Assembly (NCBI GenBank): GCA_018830005.1
Contig: JAHJTE010000002.1
Coordinates: 203,809 to 267,808 of the forward strand
DNA length: 64,000 nt
From: Candidatus Omnitrophota bacterium
Lineage (GTDB): Bacteria; Omnitrophota; Gorgyraeia; JAHJTE01
Reading direction: 5' to 3'
Under the pieces are notes generated by a model, which did not search any database, was not told the origin of the DNA, and saw only the letters and a program-made list of their open reading frames with translations. Below, in pieces: positions 57,771 to 64,000 of this stretch (positions are counted from its first letter, which is position 1; each line of letters starts with the position of its first letter). Both the position numbers and the translations under genes were made by a program.

Positions 57771-58577
57771 TTAATCCTTCCAAATCTTCCAGGGCGCTTT
57801 TCCCCGCCATAGTCTATTAAGTAATTCGGCATCGCGTGCAACATCCATACACTGCCAGAATCCATCATGTTTATAAACGTTAAGTTGGCCAGTTTTTGCC
57901 AATCTTTCTAAAGGTTCCTGCTCTAGTATGCAATTGTCATCCTCTTTTAGTAATTTAAAAAACTTTCTGTTAAATACAAAAAAGCCGCCATTAATTAATG
58001 CATTTTTGCGAACCTTTATTGGCTTTTCATGAAAGATATCTACCCGGTTCTTCTTAATAAATAATTCTCCGAATTGATAACGAGCAACTGGAAAGACTCC
58101 TGTGACCGTCCCGATCTTCTTATGTCTTAAGTGAAACTCTAACAGCTTCCCAATGTCTACATTGGTAACCGCATCTCCATAAGTGAGCATAAAATTGTCT
58201 GACTCAATGAATCTCTCTATCTTCTTTACCCGCGCCCCTGTCTGAGCATCCTGCCCTGTATCAATAAGGGTAACGTTCCAATCCTCCAAAAGATGATGCT
58301 CAAGGGTCCTAATAGCACCACTCTTTAAATTTAAAATACAATCATAATTAAGCCCCTGGTAATTTAAAAAGTAATTCTTTATACCTTCTCCTTTATAACC
58401 TAAGCAAAGAACGAAATCATTAAAGCCATAGCTTGAATAAATCTTCATAATGTGCCAAAGAATGGGCCGACCCCCAATCTCCACCATAGGCTTAGGGCGA
58501 GATTCTGTTTCACTTCCTAAGCGCGTACCTCTACCACCACATAAAATTACTACCTTTATCTTATCTGTCTTTTTCAT
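57771..58577 (-). CDS. rfbF: Glucose-1-phosphate cytidylyltransferase
   Basis: Motifs LCGGRGTRL, PKPMVEIG..PILWHIMK, TGAR, LTYGD, INGGFF and FWQCMD. Start is ATG 58577 or GTG 58586. Confidence 0.93.
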   Translation of the reverse strand: MKKTDKIKVVILCGGRGTRLGSETESRPKPMVEIGGRPILWHIMKIYSSYGFNDFVLCLGYKGEGIKNYFLNYQGLNYDCILNLKSGAIRTLEHHLLEDWNVTLIDTGQDAQTGARVKKIERFIESDNFMLTYGDAVTNVDIGKLLEFHLRHKKIGTVTGVFPVARYQFGELFIKKNRVDIFHEKPIKVRKNALINGGFFVFNRKFFKLLKEDDNCILEQEPLERLAKTGQLNVYKHDGFWQCMDVARDAELLNRLWRGKAPWKIWKD

Positions 58578-59823
58578 ATCTTTCACCTTCCTTTAAGGAT
58601 TTTTCGCTAACTTTAAATATCCCCATCAACAATCCTGTTTGAAACCAAAATAATGTCGCTACCTTGGAATAATAAAGGCTACTTTCGGTTAAGCCATTAA
58701 TTAAAAAGGCAATTATACCGGCACTTAGGCCTAGAAGACAAATCTTTAAAAAATGCCCTTTCATTAAAGAATTATATATCGTTGTTGCTTTTTTAAATAA
58801 GGCAAATAATAACCAAAAGAAAATACCTAAACCGCTAAGTCCAATTTCTCCTGCCATATGAAGGAAATTATTATGGGCATAATACTTATCTTCTTGCGTC
58901 CTGCCATATGACTGAACGGACTTATATTTCCCGTAGTTAAGGCAAAAGGTATTAACCCCGACTCCGATAAAAGGGTGATCTTTTATCATATTTAATGAAC
59001 TCTTATAGATGTATATCCTTTCTGCATTTAGTAAGACCTCCCATGTCGAACTCCTATTCTTGGCCCAATCCTTAATACCTGCCGGTAGCATCAAAGGAGC
59101 AATAAACAATGCTAAAACAAACAATATTAACAAGGCCTTGTCTTTCTGTAAAATAGCAATAAAGATAACTGCAACAATAAAACCTATCATTCCACCACGC
59201 GAAAAGGTAAATACAAGAGAGAAAAACGAAAGAATTGAGACTATTGTAAAAAATAATCGCTTTCTGTTTTTAAAAAAGTAAAGCCCAACAGAAATAGTGA
59301 GGGGTAGCAACAAAATTAAATAGATAGCAAAAACATTGGGATGTGGAAAGGCCGCCCTTACTCGCGGCAAAACAATAGTAAACTCTAACGGAAATCCTCT
59401 AAAAAAATCCTTGCCAAAATGCAATTGATAAATAGCATCCAGAGAGGCAAAAAGAAGCCCAAGAGCAGAAGAAGTTATAATTTTTCTAATGTGTTTGACA
59501 TCGACAACACTTTCACAAATAATCAGAAACAATAATCCATATTTTAACAATTTAAGTAAGCCATGGATGCTTACGGATAAATCAGTACTATTTTTTATAG
59601 AAAGTACAGAGATTAATATTAAAAATAAAAACGGAATGCTAATTACTGTCTTTACCAACCGATAATCTTTTGATAGGATTTTTTTAAAGATATAAGTAAA
59701 TACTAAACAGCCAACAACTATATTTACTGCAGCTGATGAAAAACTTCCGACAAATGGCAGAATAATAATTAACCAATATAATAGCCTAACAGAGCTTGAG
59801 ATTATTTTTTCTTTAAAAGACAT
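58561..59823 (-). CDS. O-antigen ligase family membrane protein
   Basis: Multi-TM with F.HPN, TFSRGG, R..IY......I.DHP..GVG and AHNNFL....E.G..G. Start at the ATG at 59823. Confidence 0.88.
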   Translation of the reverse strand: MSFKEKIISSSVRLLYWLIIILPFVGSFSSAAVNIVVGCLVFTYIFKKILSKDYRLVKTVISIPFLFLILISVLSIKNSTDLSVSIHGLLKLLKYGLLFLIICESVVDVKHIRKIITSSALGLLFASLDAIYQLHFGKDFFRGFPLEFTIVLPRVRAAFPHPNVFAIYLILLLPLTISVGLYFFKNRKRLFFTIVSILSFFSLVFTFSRGGMIGFIVAVIFIAILQKDKALLILFVLALFIAPLMLPAGIKDWAKNRSSTWEVLLNAERIYIYKSSLNMIKDHPFIGVGVNTFCLNYGKYKSVQSYGRTQEDKYYAHNNFLHMAGEIGLSGLGIFFWLLFALFKKATTIYNSLMKGHFLKICLLGLSAGIIAFLINGLTESSLYYSKVATLFWFQTGLLMGIFKVSEKSLKEGERYEKDR

Positions 59824-60518
59824 GTTTTTAGTCCTTTTATTAGAGCCCAAAGATATAGTTTTAAATAAACTAAACCCTGCTCTGCCACCAGGAATTTAGA
59901 TTTTCCTTTTTTTCTATCTATCCAAGTGGTAGGAATTTCGCTAATCCGAAAACCGGCAAAATATGCCTTGAGCGGTATCTCTACTGAAATCTCGAAACCG
60001 CTCGCCTTCAACTCAAAAGATTTTAAAACATCACGTCTATACATCTTAAATGAATTAGCAATATCATGCGTAGATACTTTAATTAACAAATATAAGCTTA
60101 ATCCTACAAACCTCGAGAAAAATGTCTTTAATTTTGGTCCGCCGACTTTCCTGCCTCCCTGCATATAACGAGAACCGCAGACAATATCATAGCCTTGTTC
60201 TATCCTTTCGTACATCTTAATTATTGTCTGAGGATCATCGCAAAGATCGGCCATTACCGGAACAATTAATTCACCGCTTGCGGCATTAAATCCTGTCCGC
60301 AGTGCATTGGCAAATCCAGCCCGGTTATGATTGTGTATTAATCTAACATTAGGAAATTTTCTAGACTGCTCCTGAACCACATTAATAGTATCATCTGTGG
60401 AATGATCATTAACTACTAACAGCTCATGCTCTAACTTCAGGATAGATTCTAACTGCTCAATGGTATCAGAAATAGAAGCTGCCTCGTTATGAGCTGGAAT
60501 AATAACAGATATTTTCAC
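59802..60518 (-). CDS. GT2 polyprenol-phosphate glycosyltransferase (DPM1/GtrB-like)
   Basis: Motifs IPAHNE, VNDHSTD, MADLCDDP, GSRY..GG and E.P..W.DR..G.SK. Confidence 0.85.
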   Translation of the reverse strand: MKISVIIPAHNEAASISDTIEQLESILKLEHELLVVNDHSTDDTINVVQEQSRKFPNVRLIHNHNRAGFANALRTGFNAASGELIVPVMADLCDDPQTIIKMYERIEQGYDIVCGSRYMQGGRKVGGPKLKTFFSRFVGLSLYLLIKVSTHDIANSFKMYRRDVLKSFELKASGFEISVEIPLKAYFAGFRISEIPTTWIDRKKGKSKFLVAEQGLVYLKLYLWALIKGLKTCLLKKK

Positions 60519-62581
60519 TTTATTATTTTATATATACGAATAGTATCATTAATGAATGCTAAGGAAAATTCCTCAGGATGATTACTCGCCCATTTTTCTT
60601 CTATAGGAAACTGGATTTTATCTGTAAGAAGTTCAGAATAAATAAACAGATAATCAGTGCCATGCGCCAACAAATTCTTAAGCCAAATGTTATAATTAGC
60701 TCCTCCTCTATAATTACCCGGTGCATCAAAATTCCTAAATGTGCCTTCATCAGTATGCCCCCAGATATATTTGGAATTTAGAAAATAATGTAACATGGCT
60801 GGCTCAACTTCATTTACTGATACATAATAAACATTATTCTTAAAATAACTTCCATATAAAGGAAAAGGAACCGGCCTTCCTATATAGGCAATATTATTGC
60901 CGCTAGTTTCTTGGTTAAGCCAGGCCCAGGCATGGGTTGCATCTGGCCAAAAACCAGAATAGTCTACCATTTTTACATAACGCTGGTGTTCATTTTTGAT
61001 ATAGTCCTTTTCTAAAAAGACAAATAACAAACCTAACGTCAGAAAAAGACAAATAATTGTTTTAAAGGTTATCTTAATCCTTTTAAGTCTCTTTATGATA
61101 AGCAATATAGCAAAGAATACCAAACTAAGCAAAAGAGACATAATTAATTCAAGGTGGCTAGCCAATTCTGCAATAGAGGCTAATAAGCATATTACTATCA
61201 AAATTGGTAATAATGGTTTTGGCAATTTTAAGTTCTTAATCGTATAAAAAGCGATTATAAGAGCTATTGCAAATAAGGCATAAATGTAGCGTAAATTTGG
61301 CAAGGGTATTAAGATACGAAGGCATAAAAATAAAAGGAGCGGTAAAATCATAAAGTAAATAAGATTGAAATCCAAATCCTTTTTTCTTTTTCTTAAGGCT
61401 GTAGGTAATCCTAAAAAAATAGCCGGCATTACAAACAATAGGGTCTGTGCGCCAAGGCCTTCTGAAAATAGCATCTTTACTAAACTAAAATCTCCTGGCC
61501 GAGTGGCCGTACGATAAATTGCATTATCAACAACTCCTTTAAGAATTGTCCGCCCGAATAATTTAAGATTTAAGGGGTATAAAGGATTGCCGGTCTGAAT
61601 AATATTCCTAATATAACCAAATCCACCTATAAGTATTATCAGAAAAACGCTTAGACAAATTAATACAAATGCTTTTTTAAGCTCAAAATTACTAAAACAA
61701 AAATATAGAAATGGTATAAATAGTAGCAAGGTAAAAGTAATTGCCGTACTCTTAATCCCCACCATCAACCCCAGACTAAGACTAAACAGGATGATATTTT
61801 TCCAAGAGCTATCTTTGTATAATAAGAATATGTAATTAAGCGTAGCTAAAAACATGCAAGCAACCATAACATCTATATAGGCAATCTCTAGCTGCTTGAA
61901 ATAATTGGGAATCAAGATAAAAAGTGAGGCAGAAAAAAAGGCATATTCTTTTGATAAATCTAATTTTTTGGCTAGAGAATAAACCGCCAGAAATGAGATA
62001 ATAAAAAAAGGAACCTGGCTTAGGTCGGCTAAGAATACATTTTTGAGTGGAAATATAAACCATAAGAAAAATAGACTACCGTTTATAGGATAATAAGATA
62101 CTGCTGGATCACCAGAAATACTTATAGGATTGGCTAAATTTGCCTGTTTTAGCCACTCTACCGGAAAACTAAAATGATAATTAAGGCTATCCCAACCAAA
62201 AGGAGGATTGACTAAATTAATTGCAATCTTAACTAAACCAAAACCTAAAATAACCGCTAAAGAGAAAAGTACTATCTTATTAAAGGTTAGATTATCTATG
62301 ACAAATGTAAATTTAAATCCTAAATTATTTCTTGGTTTAATGTTTTTAACTTTAATTATGATAAAAACAGTAAATAGAATACCTAAATTTAAAAGAATGA
62401 CATTAGCTAAGTAAAGTACATTTGCTATGCCTAATAATTGCTGGCTTAGAACAATTTGCGTAAAAAAAAGTATAAAAAAAGTTATGATGTAGTCGCATTT
62501 TTCTTTAAAAAAGAAAAAATACTTAAGAGATAAAAACGCGGTTGTTCCTACAATTAAGTTCATTAAAAGTAAAATAAACAT
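60515..62581 (-). CDS. Large multi-pass membrane protein, putative GT-C (ArnT/PMT-like) glycosyltransferase
   Basis: Many TM segments with WDSLNYH in an early periplasmic loop, YID, K.T and RN....GNP.YP. Its stop overlaps the GT2 start. Confidence 0.6.
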   Translation of the reverse strand: MFILLLMNLIVGTTAFLSLKYFFFFKEKCDYIITFFILFFTQIVLSQQLLGIANVLYLANVILLNLGILFTVFIIIKVKNIKPRNNLGFKFTFVIDNLTFNKIVLFSLAVILGFGLVKIAINLVNPPFGWDSLNYHFSFPVEWLKQANLANPISISGDPAVSYYPINGSLFFLWFIFPLKNVFLADLSQVPFFIISFLAVYSLAKKLDLSKEYAFFSASLFILIPNYFKQLEIAYIDVMVACMFLATLNYIFLLYKDSSWKNIILFSLSLGLMVGIKSTAITFTLLLFIPFLYFCFSNFELKKAFVLICLSVFLIILIGGFGYIRNIIQTGNPLYPLNLKLFGRTILKGVVDNAIYRTATRPGDFSLVKMLFSEGLGAQTLLFVMPAIFLGLPTALRKRKKDLDFNLIYFMILPLLLFLCLRILIPLPNLRYIYALFAIALIIAFYTIKNLKLPKPLLPILIVICLLASIAELASHLELIMSLLLSLVFFAILLIIKRLKRIKITFKTIICLFLTLGLLFVFLEKDYIKNEHQRYVKMVDYSGFWPDATHAWAWLNQETSGNNIAYIGRPVPFPLYGSYFKNNVYYVSVNEVEPAMLHYFLNSKYIWGHTDEGTFRNFDAPGNYRGGANYNIWLKNLLAHGTDYLFIYSELLTDKIQFPIEEKWASNHPEEFSLAFINDTIRIYKIIK

Positions 62582-62634
62582 TCCTAAGTCCCTTTAATTA
62601 ATTATTAATTTTCATTAACTTTGCTTCTAGACTT

Positions 62635-63501
62635 CTATCCAAATGTCCTTGCAATTTTGCTAATAACTGAAAGGTCAAATGTTCGCAAGCATAATGCCTT
62701 CAATAAATAGTAACGTGCTCTCTTTTTATCCAACTTCAAGGAATCCTTGCCCATTGTTCGGTAAAATCTAAAAAGATATCCCTTATCTTTTTTTAGAAGC
62801 TCAAAATTCTTTTTCAGAAACACCTCTTTGCCTTTTATTAATTCTGGGGTCACCATGTTAACATGGCTCTTTAAAATATGCCATGTTACTAAATTTTTAT
62901 TTAAAAAATAAATCTTATACTTTCTTGCTATTCTTACAAAATAATCGCCATCATCCCAATTGTTATACATAGCTTCATCAAAATAACCGATTCTTTTTAT
63001 TACCTCCATCGGCAGCATCCAACTTGAAGGAGGAGTAATTAAAACTCTTAATGGAAAAAACTTATCCTTGCTTGGATCATAAATGACTTTTGAATTGATT
63101 CTCTCGGTGATAAAAATTCTCCCTTCATCCTCACTAAATCCATTTGTATATATCAACCCAACATCAGAATTTAACTTTTTGAACAGATCTAACTGGGTTT
63201 GGAGTTTTTCGGGTAGCCATTCATCATCATCATCCAAAAAAGTAATAAATTCTCCCTTTGAATTTTTTAAACCTGTGTTTCTTGAAACGGCAACTCCTTT
63301 ATTTTTATCATGGCGCACTAATTTTACTCTATCATCAGTAATAGAGCTTATTATTTCATGGGTATTATCAGAAGAGGCATCGTCGATTAAAATAATTTCT
63401 AAATCCTTATAAGTCTGTTTTAAAACACTTTCTATGGCTCTTTTTATGACAAAAGATCTATTATAGGTAATAATAATTACGCTAATCAATAGCCTAGTCA
63501 T
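62635..63501 (-). CDS. GT2 glycosyltransferase
   Basis: Motifs TYNR, IDDASSD, SRNTG and FLDDDDEW. Confidence 0.9.
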   Translation of the reverse strand: MTRLLISVIIITYNRSFVIKRAIESVLKQTYKDLEIILIDDASSDNTHEIISSITDDRVKLVRHDKNKGVAVSRNTGLKNSKGEFITFLDDDDEWLPEKLQTQLDLFKKLNSDVGLIYTNGFSEDEGRIFITERINSKVIYDPSKDKFFPLRVLITPPSSWMLPMEVIKRIGYFDEAMYNNWDDGDYFVRIARKYKIYFLNKNLVTWHILKSHVNMVTPELIKGKEVFLKKNFELLKKDKGYLFRFYRTMGKDSLKLDKKRARYYLLKALCLRTFDLSVISKIARTFG

Positions 63502-63547
63502 TTTTCAAAATAAAATATTGTATATATAGCTTTGGGCAGCAATAGCT

Positions 63548-64000
63548 CTAACGGCGTACTTTTGCCTTATTTTTTTTCTTTTTTATTCTTCTAATGCCGC
63601 TCTTTTCTAAAATATCTTTAAAAAAATATTCAATTTCCTTTATTATAAATTTATTAGAATGCAACATATTTAGAAAGAAAAACCTAGATATTTTTTTCCG
63701 CTTTTGTATTGCTGCCGTAAAAATATTAAGTGTTAAACGTGAATTTTCTTTTGTATATATCTTCCAGGTGTAATCAGTTAACCAGAAACTATCATCAATC
63801 GCGCCTTGTTGCTTTGCAATACTGTATAGTTCTGTTCCGGGAAATAACATTATTCCATTAGCCACTTCTACATCAGTAGGATTAGTACGGTTTAAGAAAT
63901 CTATAGTCTCATTGATAGTCTGCCAGTTCTCGCCAAGAGAACCAGCAATAAGCAAGGTAACGCTCCTTATATTAAATGAATTTATGAGCTGAATTGCTTT
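63548..64000 (-). CDS. Radical SAM protein, C-terminal part (probably B12-binding class; runs off the window)
   Basis: The frame stays open to position 64000: KAIQLINSFNIRSVTLLIAGSLGENWQTINETIDF...FPGTELY, a typical radical SAM C-terminus. The CxxxCxxC motif is not in the window. Confidence 0.65.
   Translation of the reverse strand, partial: KAIQLINSFNIRSVTLLIAGSLGENWQTINETIDFLNRTNPTDVEVANGIMLFPGTELYSIAKQQGAIDDSFWLTDYTWKIYTKENSRLTLNIFTAAIQKRKKISRFFFLNMLHSNKFIIKEIEYFFKDILEKSGIRRIKKKKNKAKVRR

Noticed and set aside
62461-62520. Poly-A tracts as phase-variation sites
   Set aside because: Runs of 7-8 A are expected in AT-rich Phe-rich membrane genes, and the frame is intact.

Overview
This is a 64-kb, gene-dense, AT-rich bacterial chromosome segment in which every credible gene lies on the minus strand. 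Gene content and order suggest an anaerobic diderm, possibly PVC superphylum such as Ca. Omnitrophota (inference only). In transcription order (right to left) it holds: (i) an LPS/surface-glycan locus with a partial radical SAM gene, GT2s, a GT-C-like membrane protein, O-antigen ligase, the CDP-3,6-dideoxyhexose genes rfbF/rfbG/ddhC/rfbE-like, a split transketolase, two GT9s, DegT, gmhB and an MGDG-synthase-like GT, running into priA-fmt; (ii) an unannotated, internally deleted galT relic; (iii) gap-pgk-tpiA-secG with an intrinsic terminator; (iv) an oppABCDF-type transporter plus a GT-C/TPR membrane protein; (v) argA-like GNAT, acyl-CoA dehydrogenase, etfB, ferredoxin-fused etfA, PilZ and smc; (vi) a long recA-degP-recX-alaS-hisDBHAFI-trpE-rpsP-yajC-secDF-mfd-surA-pdxA-rsmA run; (vii) gatCAB-ctpA. 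No rRNA, tRNA, CRISPR or mobile element was recognised. The most striking signal is that three chromosome-maintenance motors are each remodelled while keeping intact ORFs. The SMC has its canonical hinge replaced by about 60 unrelated residues. The 652-aa Mfd lacks D1/D3 and the autoinhibitory D7. The PriA has degenerate ATPase motifs. A structured leader of about 180 nt also lies between a near-consensus promoter and recA.
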